Part shown: positions 51,223 to 64,000 of the stretch, piece after piece | Layout: every line of letters starts with the position of its first letter | Position numbering within the stretch: the stretch's first letter is position 1 | Source: Lama guanicoe | Lineage: Eukaryota | Direction: 5' to 3' | DNA: 64,000 nt | Assembly: GCA_013239625.1 (NCBI GenBank) | Contig: MU054187.1 | Location: forward strand, 12,503,325 to 12,567,324 | Made by a program: the position numbers and the translations under genes | Notes under the pieces: generated by a model | What the model saw: the letters and a program-made list of their open reading frames with translations, nothing else | What the model was told of the DNA's origin: nothing | The model's database searches: none

Positions 51223-53168
51223 ATATAGAAAAGCATGAAGAGGAAAAAATCATCTATAATACCATTAATTCCCCAGATAAAACCACTGTTAACATTTTTG
51301 TTGGTATTTCTCCAGTTATATTTCTGTTGCATTTTCAAAGCTTGGCAATTATAACGTAGTATTTTTTCATTTAACATTCTTTGAAGTTGGAGATTGCAAA
51401 CTCAGATGCTTGTAAGTGTCAGGCAGACAGGCAAGGTAACAATGATAACTAACATTTGTTAAGCCCTAACTGTGCCAGATATGTTTCCAGAGGTTTATGT
51501 GTATTATATATGTTATCTCTCTTAACCTTCACAACAACCCTGTGAGGTATATACCATTATCATCTCTACATTTCAGATGAAGAAAATAAGGCATAGGGAG
51601 GTAAAACAACATATTTAAGGGCACACAGCTAGTAGGTAGCTGCATTAACATTGAGACCTAGCTGTTGAAGTGACTGAAGTGGGGTGGCTGGCTACTGTGG
51701 TGAACTTGAGAGAGCACGTCCCATCTGCGGGGCACCATTGCTCGTGGAGGAATGGTAGTCTAGTGTAGTAGATCTTTGAGTTTTTTGATAGCCTTGAAAA
51801 ATCTGAATTTTTATATGAAATGATGGCAATTAGGAAAATTAAAAAATAACAGTTAAGTCAGATCTCATCTGCAGATTACAGCTGGCCTATATTTATAAAA
51901 TAGCGTTCTTAGTAGTAGTATCTACCTCCTAAGTGTGATGTGAGAGTTAAATGGGGGCATTTTGTATACAACATGTAGCTCAGTAGCTGGCATGTAGCAC
52001 TAAGTAAATGTTAGCTATCATCAGTAGCACAAATATTTTCTCCAGTCATCAAAATTCTTTATAAGTATCACTATTGTTTTTATTTTGAGAAATTATGTAA
52101 GTAATACATTGGTACGTGACTGTTGTAAAAAACTCAAACAATGTGAAAGAATGTTTAAAGGACTGAAATTGCATTTGCTTCCTACTCCTAACTCCCTAGC
52201 CCTCTCCTTATAGAATTAAAAACCACATATGCTGTGCTTATCCTTCTGGCATTTGCGTTTTTATTACTTAATATGTCTTAGAGATCTTCCAAAGTCAGTT
52301 TAGACAAAGCTACTTCATTGTTTTTAAAGGTTGCACGGTGTATTCTTTAGTATGGATGTACCATAATTTATTGAACTAGGCTTCTCAATTGTCATTTCAG
52401 TTTTCGATTTTTTACTGTTATAAAAAAGGATCTGCAAAGAGCATACATTGCTCTTTGCGCACATTGGTAAATATTTCCCTAGGGGTTTGATCCTCGGATG
52501 AAATTGCTGAATGAAAAGTATATTAAGAATTTTCACAGTTACTGTACGTTTGTTAAATGTATTTTTAGTATCTTTGTAATATTCCGTTTTATGAATCTAC
52601 TGATATTATCATTTCCTCTTGTTGACACATTTAGATTTTTTTTCCAATTTTTTGCCACTATAAATGGTTCTGTGATAAATATCTTTGTGAGTAGGATATG
52701 TTTTTAAAAAGATAAATAGTCTGAGAGGAAGTTATCAACTAGTAACTATATTTCTGAGACTTTACTTTCTGGGAGCTATTATAAGAGTCGTATTCATTGG
52801 TAATATATTATTTTTAGGAAAAATAGAGCTTTGATAAAGGCCTGGCCTAGGGTTTTTAATGTTATACTCAAGATTTTTAGACTCTTTTATATGTTTCATT
52901 TTAGGTGTTATCATCTAATGAAGAACACTGAAACAGCAGATTGAATAAAGCCTTGGAACAGCTAGATTAGAGGTTTAGAAAAGAAAGTTAAAATTAGTCA
53001 CTTTGGTTTTTAGTGTTCCAACTTCATAATATTTATTCTTTATTCTAAATAGATTTAGGGAGTAGAAGTTAAAATTCAGTGCTATACCAAAGGAAGCACT
53101 TATATTTGTTCTGTTTTTTTTTTCTTTTTGTATGAGAGAAGAAGGTAGATAACCAAGAGATATAGTGA

Positions 53169-53447
<279 letters not shown>

Positions 53448-53510
53448 TGAGCATACACTTTCGATCCTTAACACTATTATTCTTTTATTCATTTAGAAGC
53501 TACCTTTCTG

Positions 53511-53627
53511 AACGAATATATGTATGTATATGTATGACTGGGACATTATGCTGTACACCAGAGACTGACACATTGTAATTGATTATACTTCAATAAAAAA
53601 AAAAGTTTAGAATATTAAAAAAAAAAA
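53511..53627 (+). mobile_element. Short L1 3' end 64 nt after the XKR9 donor
   Basis: L1 3'UTR and double A-tail; TSD AGAA(G/A)CTACCTTTCTG at 53495-53510 and 53628-53643. Confidence 0.88.
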
Positions 53628-54180
53628 AGAAACTACCTTTCTGTATCTGGGTAGTCAATGTACAAAGTTCCCCTGTTTGCATGTAGCACAAAGGTCACTT
53701 GCTCCTCACTAACAGTGCTTATGTAAGTTATTGTACTGTCAGAATTTTCCAGGTTCATTATTGGAATGTTTTAATTTACCTAATTAAGTTACTTTTTCTA
53801 ATATGTACTTACTTTTTATGAGAAGGAAAAGGGCTCATTTCTATGTCTTGTAAATCTTTTATTCTCTATTTTATATTTTAAGACTGATTATGTAAATATA
53901 GCCTCACTTGCAACTCTGAAAGAACACTTATTTTTTAAGTTACTTATAGCATTGATTTAACAAAATGAAATTTATTGCAATAATGCAGTAGCTGTGGTTA
54001 ACTAGGTACAGAATCATCCACAGAACTAAAAACAACCTTAAGAATCATGTTGTTTAAAATCTTTTTTATGGTTAAAGGAAGTAGGATCTAAATAAGTCCT
54101 GAGAATTCTACGGTTTTCCATATACCTAATTTCATGAGCTTTTTATTATTATCTTAAGGGATTTAATTCTGTTAAAAGAA

Positions 54181-54280
54181 ATATATATATGTGTGTGTGT
54201 GTATATATGTATACATATACATATATGTATACATATACATATATGTACACATACATACATACACATACACACACACACAC
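54181..54280. repeat. Compound alternating purine-pyrimidine microsatellite (AT/GT/TACA/CA)
   Basis: Direct observation. Confidence 0.9.
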
Positions 54281-54879
54281 AAGGAAAAGAGAAGAATTAA
54301 AGACAAATATTAAGTGGATAACATACTATTTTGTAATGGTTAGGTTTTGAATTTGGGCTATTTTGATAGCCATCTTTCCTCAGAGATATTTTAGTGGCCA
54401 CAGAATTCTAGATGAGTAGTTATTTTCTCTTTGCAAATTACATTCTCTTGTCTTTTTGTTTCCATTGTCACTACTGCATAGCTAGATGTCAGTCTTACTC
54501 TTGTTCTTTAAACGTAATTTGTCTTTTTTCCCTTTGGCAGATCTTACAATTTTTCTCTAAATTTTTGGGTTTCTACAGTTTATGATGTATCTGGATGTAG
54601 GTTTATTTTTATTTCTCTTGTTTAGGATTTGCTGGTTCTCTTGATTCTATGGGTTGTTATCTTCCGTGAGCTCTGCATAATTCTCAGCCATTAACTTTTC
54701 TGACATTTTCTTTACCACATTTCTGTCTCTTTTTTCTTCTGGGACTCCAAACAAATTAAAAAAAAGTTAGACCTTCTTGCCATTTCTAACATGACTGTTT
54801 TATGTTAGATTGTTTACATGAGATTTTTGTTTCCTGAATTAAGCTCATATTTCTATAAACAAGCTCATATTGCTTTTGC

Positions 54880-55737
54880 TGCATTCCATAGAATTAGTAT
54901 CATGTTTTTGCTTTTGTTTGTCTCCAGGTATTTTTTTTTTATTTCCTCTTTGATTTATCAGTGACTCATTGTTTAGTAGCATGTTTTTGTTTTGTGCATT
55001 TTTTTCTTGTAGTTGATTTCTAGTCTCATGCCACTGTGATCAGAACAGACGCTTGATGTAATTTCAATCTTCTTAAATTTATTGAGACTTGTTTTGTTAT
55101 CTGTCCTGGAGAGTGTTACATGTATACTTAAAAAAAATGTATATCTTGCTGCTTTTTGATGGAATGTTCTGTATATAATCTATTAAGTCCATCTGGTTTA
55201 ATGTGCCATTAGGGCCAGTTTTTCCTTATTGATTTTTCTATCTGGGTGATCCATCCATTGATACAAGTGTTACTGTTGATTTCTCTCTTTATGTTTGTTA
55301 ATATTTGCTTTATATATTTAGGGGGTCCTATGTTGGGTACATATATATTTACAGTTGTTATATCTTCTTCTCACCAATCTCCAGCAGCCAGTCGCAGCTT
55401 GTCCCTGACGACTCATGTCTAGGACTGGGGATCGCAGGGACCCTCTGTGTCAGTTTCCCTTAGTTCTGTCTGCCAGGTGGTTGCCATTTTCTCCTCCAGA
55501 CATCAGAAGCTCCACTTCTGTCCCCGCTGACCTCCCAGCTGGAGAGGGGGCATCCCAGTGTGATGGTGCCTTTCTTCCTATGCTACTCCCTCCCCTCATG
55601 ATCAATCCTGCACTGATTTTTTCTTTTTTCTTTTTTTTTTCCTTTTTTTCTCTTACCGGATTTTGTGAGAATTCTCCTGTGTTTCGAAGCAAGAGACAGA
55701 ATTCAGTAGGTGTTCTGTGTGATTCAGTTGGTTTGTA
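54880..55737 (-). mobile_element. L1 remnant: 5'UTR-like segment (about 55372-55737) joined to ORF2 endonuclease sequence (about 54880-55371)
   Basis: Minus-strand GAAGAAGATATAACAACTGTAAATATATATGTACCCAAC translates EEDITTVNIYVPN (L1 EN motif); TTCAGTAGGTGTTCTGTG resembles recalled antisense L1 5' ends. Confidence 0.65.
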
Positions 55738-57274
55738 CTTTCACGACATAATATTTACATTTCTGTTGAGTGGTTATTTCTTCTGCCTTGTATTGCAGCT
55801 AGCACTTTATAGGCTTGACCTTCATATTAGACTGTAAGGTCATTAAAGGTGGAGGTCATGTTCTCATCACTTATGTAAACATTCTTTCCTGGAATCTAGC
55901 CGACACTGAATATAATGGGTCATGTTATAATAAAACTGTGATGATAAAAATGTACTTTTGTTTGCTAGGTGAAGATTCTTTGCATAGCCATATAGGTATC
56001 CATCTTGTTTACAATAAGAATATCTTATATTTGTGTTACACTTTCAACTTTTCAAAGTTCTTTCATATCTACGTCTCTTTATCTTTATGGGAAAATTGTT
56101 GTGAACTTTCATTTATTCATTGAGTAAATATTTTCTGAGAACCTACTATGTGCCAGGTACTCTTCTAGTTGTTTTAGGATGTAGCAATGAATGAAACAAA
56201 AGTCCCTGCTTTCATGTAAATTTTATTTTTTTATGAGAAGGTACAGATAAAAAAAGTAAACCATGTGTCAAGTGTTGGTAAAGAAAAATAATGGAGGATA
56301 AAGAGTTAGAATGTGATGGATGGTGTGATCTGGGAAGATCTCCATGAGGAAGTGGCATTTAAGTAGAGATCTGAATAAATTTAAGGAGTAAACTTGTACA
56401 ATTTCTGGGGTTTAGAAGAGTTCCAGGAAGAGTATTAGCAAAGCAAAGGCCTTTAAAGTTGGGAAAAGCAGCAAGATGGGTACACTAAAAGCACGGGAGA
56501 AATAAGATGGAGAGGTAGTGGGGGTAGTGTGTCTGTGAAGCAGATTATGAAGGGCCTTGTAAGGTATGGTAAGGGCTTTAGGTTTTATTCTAAATTTGAT
56601 GGAAATCACTGGAACATTTTGAGTGGAGGAGTAACATCTGAATTCTGGTTAAGAGATTCAATCTAGATGCTGTGTAGAGAATAGAATGCCGAGGGAGCAG
56701 GAGTAGAAGCAGAGAGACCAATTATGAGGCAATAGAAGTAATCCCGGTCAGGAATGTTGACTGGTTAAACTAGGATGGAGGCAGTAGAAGTGATAAGATG
56801 TGCTTAGATTGGAATATATTTGAATTTAGAATCAGAACCAAGAGAACCTGCTGAGGAATTTTTATAGGGTATGAGACAAAGCAGTTGGAAAGTATTACCA
56901 CTTTTTGGTCTGAGTAACATGGTGAATGTTAGTGTCATTTACTGAAATGGGAAACATTGACAGAAGGAACAGGTTGAAACAGAATATATAGCACTGCCCT
57001 AGTTTTATATATGAGGAAGCTGAGGTGTGGATAAAGAGTTTCAATAATCTTTGGGCTAGAATGCTGGTTGTCTTATTGCTAGCCCCAGATATTTTCAAAG
57101 TAAGTGTCTCAATTTTTTGTTATTAATTTACTTGAATGATGATAACTCATGTTTATTTAAAAATTCTTTCTAAAGAAGAGCCTGAGCAAGGATATTTTAA
57201 GAGTCTTTGAAACATTGTATATTTTCCAGGATGGTAATGATGGAAGAGCCTAGCACCTTGTAGATTATTGAGTA

Positions 57275-57489
57275 CAGTTGACCCTTGAACAACATGGGTT
57301 TGAACTGTATGGATCCACTTATATGTAGATTTTTTCTAGTAGTAAAAACTGCAGTACTACATGATTTGTGGTTGGCTGAATCCACAGACAGGGAACCAAG
57401 GGTACACAGGGCTAACTATCAGTTATGCTCAGATTTTCAACTGCACAGGGTCAGTACCCCTCACCCCTAATTTGTTCATGGGTCAGTTG
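57275..57489. mobile_element. Tigger2-derived MITE (MER8-like)
   Basis: TIRs CAGTTGACCCTTGAACAA and TTGTTCATGGGTCAGTTG, flanked by TA on both sides. Confidence 0.85.
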
Positions 57490-57855
57490 TAATTATTTGC
57501 TAGATTAAATTGAAAGAAGATTCAATCTCATCTTCAACCTTGACATTATCTTAAGGGGATGTATCTGTCTTTTAGTTAAGATAAATTACATGAAGTGAAA
57601 ATTGCAGTTTGTCTTTCAGAATGTAGTGGGTAAGACTTAAATCATAAGATCTAAGTTTGGACTTTAGGTCTGCCTCTTACACTCTGTGTTTCTTTCAGCA
57701 CATCATTGTTCTCAGCCTTACTTTTTCCATCTGTTAATTTAGAATAATACCTATTCATCTCTCATAATATTGGGAAGATGAAATAAGATTATGCATGTTT
57801 AACAGCGCTGGCACACACTGGCACATCAAACATGCAATAAAAGTTATGGAGACTG

Positions 57856-58121
57856 CACAGATATAGAAAACAAACTTATAGTTACCAAAGGAGAAAAGGG
57901 CGGAGAGGGCTAAATTAGGAGTTTGATATTACTAGATACAAACTATTATATGTGAAAGAGATAAACAACAAAGTCCTACTGTATAGCACAGAATTAATTA
58001 TATTCAGTACCTTGTAATAAACTATAATGGAAAAGAATCTGCCAAACATATAACTGAATCACTTTGCTGTGCACCAGAAGCTGACACAACACTGTAAATC
58101 AACTATACTTCAATAAAAAAG
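57856..58121 (+). mobile_element. Short L1 3' end (older subfamily)
   Basis: ATAAACAACAAAGTCCTACTGTATAGCACAG...CTATACTTCAATAAAA; TSD AAGTT(A/G)TGGAG(A/T)CTG at 57841-57855 and 58122-58136. Confidence 0.85.
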
Positions 58122-58190
58122 AAGTTGTGGAGTCTGAATCTCATAAAGCCACCATGAGATGTTCACAAAGTTGAGAGAAATTTATAGTAG

Positions 58191-58817
<627 letters not shown>

Positions 58818-61095
58818 TAGAAATGGTAACATAAAACTGTTTTTGTTTTTTGCACTTAACAACATAAACAACATATCTTGGAGATCTAAACATATCAGTA
58901 CAGAAAGAGGTCCCTCATTTATTTTTATTATTTGCATAGTATTACAAATTATGGATGTATCACGAATTAGTTAACATGCCCCTCTTTATGTTAATTTAGG
59001 TTGTTTCTACTGTTTCGCTATTGCAGAAAAAATGCTGCAATGAATCATCTTGTGCATGCATCCTTCTGCATGTGTGAATCCCATGTCTGTCCATAAGGTG
59101 AATTCCCAGAATTGGAATCATTGGGTGAAGGTGCCAGTGCTACAAAACTAATGAAAGTTTTGCAGATTCACCAGTATGTTGCTCTTCTGTAGCGGATTTC
59201 CTCATTTGGGTTAAATGTACATTTTTAAAGGACAATTTGGTATTTCCATTAAAAAAATCTTTTAATAGGCATTTAATTTGAGATATTAAAAACTCTATTT
59301 ATTTGTTAAATAATAGTTTCAATATTCACCATCAGTGTAGCAGATTATCCTCTCCTCCAGAGTTTCCTTTATGCTTAGACTCACCTGTGAGATCAGTTCA
59401 TCCCCCAGTCTTCCTGTTCCTAGTTTCCCGTATCTAGACTGGAGTCCCTTCTAATGTTTTTACCTTTACTTTGGTTGTTAGTATGACACTGAAATGAACC
59501 TACTGTGTATGAGACCTCTTTTTCCTTGTGATGCAAAGAATATGTGGATTGGGACTTACAGGTTCAGTATTATATAGTCCCTGAAGCTAGAAGGTCAACA
59601 TTTAGAGCTTATAGCCTGTATTATGGCTAAAAGCGAATGTGAACTGTGACTGCTTCTGGGCAGTGGGATTATGAGTGACTATATTTATTTTATCTTCTTT
59701 ATACTTTTCTGAATTTCTAAATTTCCTACAATAACCATATATTGCTTTGACAGGAAGAATAACTCAAAATGTAAAAGAAAAAAATGTAAAAACAAGTTTA
59801 TATATATAAGTACTTCAGAAGGCTGAACATATTCTTTTATCTTGTTCCTTCCTGAAATCATGCTAAAGAGTAGACTAATGGGGTAAAAACAATATAAACC
59901 CACAAGGACAAAGAGAATGCAGAGTAGAACAGCAAAGAAGAAATATCAGCAAGTATTTAGAAGATGGAAAGCAGATGGAAAACTTGGGTTATTCAAATCA
60001 GTTCTACCACTGAAAGGCTAAATTATTTGAATCAACCCTCCCTCTGAAATTACCTAAAACAATTGGATAAATATTTTCAAAAGTCTTCATAAAAGCCTAA
60101 CACAGTCTGACATAACAGGCCAAAATGTGCATGAAAGTGGGAATGCCAGGGTTAAGTAGGACCGTGAGGGCATTTATACCCTGAGGGCTTGTATATAAAC
60201 TTATAAACAGCAGGTTTGGTTTTGATGGCTTCCCAGGGTGTGGAGGACTGGAGACAAAACTCAAGGTACTCACAAGGGAGGGACATCTGGTAGAAAATCC
60301 TAATCCACAAAGCTGGCACACCAAAAGGCACCCTGCTCAGGATAAAAGTGACGTTATCTACCTCACTCTCCACTTCCAAGAGACTGCAAGGAATATTGCT
60401 TTGGTGCTGTCTAGAACAGGGGAAAAAAAGTCCCTGAGAAGTTATAACAACATGATTTGTGACCAAAATTCGCGTTTCTAACTAGTCCAAAACACAAAAC
60501 AAAACAAAGCACCTTCAAAACAAATAAAGGCCAAGTTATGATATAGTTTAAATGGTCCCAGACTGATAGTGCCCCTAGGTGTCTGGCAGAAACAAGTATA
60601 AATCCTCCCTGGAGGAGTCCACCTTCTCACAAACAGTTTTCCAAGGAAAATGAATAGTTTATACTAGTTTATAGCACCAGAAGAAATGAGGCACCGAGAG
60701 TAAGAATCAGCAGAAATAGAAAAAAACTCAGTGAGACATTAGATATTAGAAATTACCAGGTGCATTGTATTATGTTGAAAGGAGTAAATGATGAACTTGA
60801 AAATATGAAATAGGAAACTATAAAAATGAGTTCTATATTTGAAAAAGAAAAAAGTAGAATTTATGAGATGGAAAGAGATAGAAAATATAAGAGATATTAG
60901 GAGTCATGGAAGATGGGATGAGAATGTCTAGCATACATCTGATCAGAGTTCATGAAGGAGAGGAGAGGAAGAATGGAGCAGAGGCAATATTTGAAAAGTT
61001 AATGGCTGAAAAGATTTCAGAACTGATGAGAGTCACCTACCCACAGATTCAAGAAGCCCATCATTTCTCAAGCAACTAAGTAGAAAGAAATCCAT

Positions 61096-61310
61096 TTACA
61101 GATACTAACTGCTATATCTATAAAATAGATAAACAACAAGTTTATACTGTGTAACACAGGGAACTATATTGAATATCTTGTAGTAACCTATAGTGAAAAA
61201 GAATATGGAAATGAATATATATATGTATATGTAGGACTGAACTATTATGCTGTACACCAGAAATTGGCACAACGTTGTAAACTGATTATACTTCAATTAA
61301 AAAAAAAAAA
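61096..61310 (+). mobile_element. Short L1 3' end nested in older degenerate L1 sequence (about 59.8-61.6 kb)
   Basis: ACAGGGAACTATATTGAATATCTTGTAGTAACC...CTGATTATACTTCAATT plus A-tail; approximate TSD AAAGAAAT(T)CCAT. Confidence 0.82.
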
Positions 61311-61690
61311 GAAATTCCATACCACAGCGTATAACTACTAAAGAAGATAACAAATAATGTCCTTCGGATAGAACAGAAGTATTCTGAGATGCAAGCAGGA
61401 ATAAAGAGCAAAGCAGGTAGTAAATATGTGGGTAAATCTAAATGAAAATTGACTGTATAAACAAAAATTCTACTGTGTGGCTAAGAAAAGGTAGACTAAA
61501 TGTACAAGGAAGCAATAACCTGTAAGTCAGGTGGAAGATGAATGGAGTTAAAGTGTTTAAAATTCCTTGTGTAGTTTGGGAGAAAGGTAAAGCAAAGGTG
61601 GATCTGGGTCTTTTGAGATATAAAACTAAAACATTTAGAGAGACCTTATTTTAAAAAAGAATGTATTATTAGAAAAACAAAATTAGATAT

Positions 61691-62148
61691 TATGTTAGTC
61701 TGCTTGGGCTGCCATAACAGAATTATCACAGACTGGGCAGCTTACCCAACAGAAAGCTATTTTCTTACAATTCTGGAGACCAGAAATCCAAGGTCAAGAT
61801 GTCAGTAGGGTTGGTTTCTGGTGAGGAATCTCTCTTTGCACTGATCTTAGCCAGAAGGCCGAGAAGTGGTAGGACTCTCTCTTTGGATTGCAGGTTTTGG
61901 ATTGCAGACCTTCTTGCTGTGTCCCCACATGGTCTTTACTCTATGTATGGAGAGAAAGCGAGTTCTCTGGTGGAGAACTTGTCTCTCACAAGGACATCAG
62001 TCCTATTAAATTTGGGCCCCACCGTTATGACCTCTAATATGACGGTATTAACCCTAATACCCCCCTAAAGGCCCTGTCTCAATGTGTAGTCACACTGGGA
62101 CTTAGGGCTTTAATATGAATTTTGGAAGAACACAATTCAGTCCATAAA
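61691..62148 (-). mobile_element. MaLR LTR (MLT1A-like)
   Basis: TTAGTCTGCTTGGGCTGCCATAACAG...TTCTGGTGAGG...CACAATTCAGTCCATA. Confidence 0.8.
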
Positions 62149-64000
62149 AGGTATGAAAGTAGGCACTGTTTTAAAATAAGAAAATAATTTACAGCAAATT
62201 ACAGGGATAAGAAAGCTGACCAGTACCACAAACTTCAAAAGAGAAAGAAAAGTAGTATATCTTTATTATTTTAATACTCTTTTCTCTACATTTTTTGGCT
62301 GTTTACTCTCTGATTGGCTTTTGACTTGATAATGATTTTATAATACAATTTCTATAGAGAGAAAAGATTCAGTCTTTTTTCTAACATAGTTAATTGAAAT
62401 TTGTTTTTTTATTTATTTTTAATTTGGGAAAGTTTCAACTTCACAAATTAATGATAATATTATATGTATTTTTTTGATTCTTGTCAAATTTGGGAAAAGC
62501 TCCAACAATTTCTTCAGATAATATGCCATAAGATTAGAATAGATCAAGATTTTTTATTTTTGGTGAACTAATTTTAAATACTGTTTGAATTAACAACACT
62601 AGTTTATTGTCAATGTCTCATTTAGTGAATATTGGGAGTCTTACTGGGAGTTTTCTTCACTGGTGTCAGTAATGTCAAATCAGAAGGAAATTAGTAAGAT
62701 TCTATATAAGTATGATTGGGCAAGGTCATTTCATACCAAGAGGAGTGCAGAAGCAAAGGCATGGTTTGGCAAAGACAAGAAATTTAGTTTGAATAGAGTG
62801 AAATGTACAGATTAGACTAGCAAAATGATCAGGAAAATTATGTTGGGAACAGGTAGGTATGTGGGAAATGGGAAATGATGTCAAACTGATAGCACCAGCT
62901 GAATGAGCATAGTCCATTGTGCCTTAACGTTAAGTAGTTAAAGGCTTGTTGAGGGCAGTAATCATGTAGTGTTAAGATCAGGAGAACTGCTTGAGAATCC
63001 TAGATCTGTCACTTACTAGTTGTAGTTATTCAAGCAAATCTTGTAAACATACCCCTTAAACCTAAAGTGTTCTCAACGCTGTTTCCCTTTAGCCAGATCC
63101 CCAAAATGACCACAGCTGCTTCAGTAGACCAGGGGAAAATGCGGGAATGGGTAAGAAGGAATAGAGGTGGGGAATTTAGTCAATTGCAATTAAAATATCT
63201 TATTTTTCCAAATTATATAAAAATATATGACAAAGTGAACCTATTGCTAGGGCTTTGCCAGGTTTGGAAGGAGTCTGGGCATATGTGGGTCCTGATTTAA
63301 GCTTCACTAGCTTCATGATAAATCTACTTTTGAGGTGAAAATATTGATTAACTTTAAACTTTGATGTGTTTAATATGCATGTTGTGATTTCTAGGGAAAC
63401 TGTCAAAGAATAAAAACGTCTTATCACTGAAGGACATGGGTTATTAGATTGAAAGGGTGATAAAAATGGCTCATACCAAGCCCATCATTATAACATTTCA
63501 GATAAGATTAAGATAAGATTCTAGAAGATTTGAAAGAAAAAAAGATCACTTAGAGATAGGGAAACTGAATAGCATTGAAATTCTTAACTGTAACACTTGA
63601 GATTAGAACTTAATAGAGCAATGACCTCAAAGTTTCAATGGAAAACATTTTTAAACTTTGAATTTTATTTCTAACAAAACTGTATCAAATATGAGGGTAG
63701 AATAAAGACGTTTTGAGACATACATGGTCTCAAAAGTTCGGCTGGGGTGCCACTTTTCTCAGGAATGTCTGGAGAATGTTTGATCAAAACATGAGAATGA
63801 AGCAAGAAAGAAATATGGGAACAGGAAACAGGAAGTCAGCACTGAAGAGAGGTGAAGGGAAATTCTGGGAAGATAGGAAGCAAACGTTGACAACAACCAG
63901 AAAGTGATATTTTAATTCAAATACTGCTGAATTAAAAAGAAGGAAAAAAGAATTCCAACTCATTGAGCCAATGAGGCTAAGTGGGAATAATGAACATTCT

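Overview
Mammalian genomic DNA, most likely camelid (six tRNA-derived SINEs match my recollection of the camelid Vic-1 family). It holds the conserved TRAM1 - LACTB2 - XKR9 neighbourhood. TRAM1 coding exon 1 and its CpG island lie on the minus strand at about 2.0-3.3 kb. LACTB2 is complete on the minus strand: 7 coding exons between 23198 and 47313 splice in phase to 288 aa with intact metallo-beta-lactamase motifs. A head-to-head CpG-island promoter at about 47.0-47.7 kb is shared with XKR9, whose first two coding exons lie on the plus strand (last exon beyond the window). The rest is retroelement-rich intronic and intergenic DNA: a young 3 kb L1, eight very short L1 3' ends (most with target-site duplications), SINEs, a solo ERV LTR, MaLR/ERVL LTRs, an L2 fossil and a Tigger-type MITE. 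I find no support for a wholly new multi-gene system. Best leads: (i) two identical 13-mers containing the CLEAR/E-box palindrome GTCACGTGAC in the LACTB2/XKR9 promoter; (ii) an unexplained GC/CpG-rich block in an XKR9 5' intron ending in a perfect 13-bp hairpin with AATAAA on both strands; (iii) several uORFs in the predicted XKR9 leader and a strong-Kozak uORF ahead of TRAM1; (iv) L1 3' transductions, target-site re-use and a 5'UTR-ORF2 fusion. Repeat family names come from recollection of consensus sequences, not from a search, and boundaries of old repeats are approximate.
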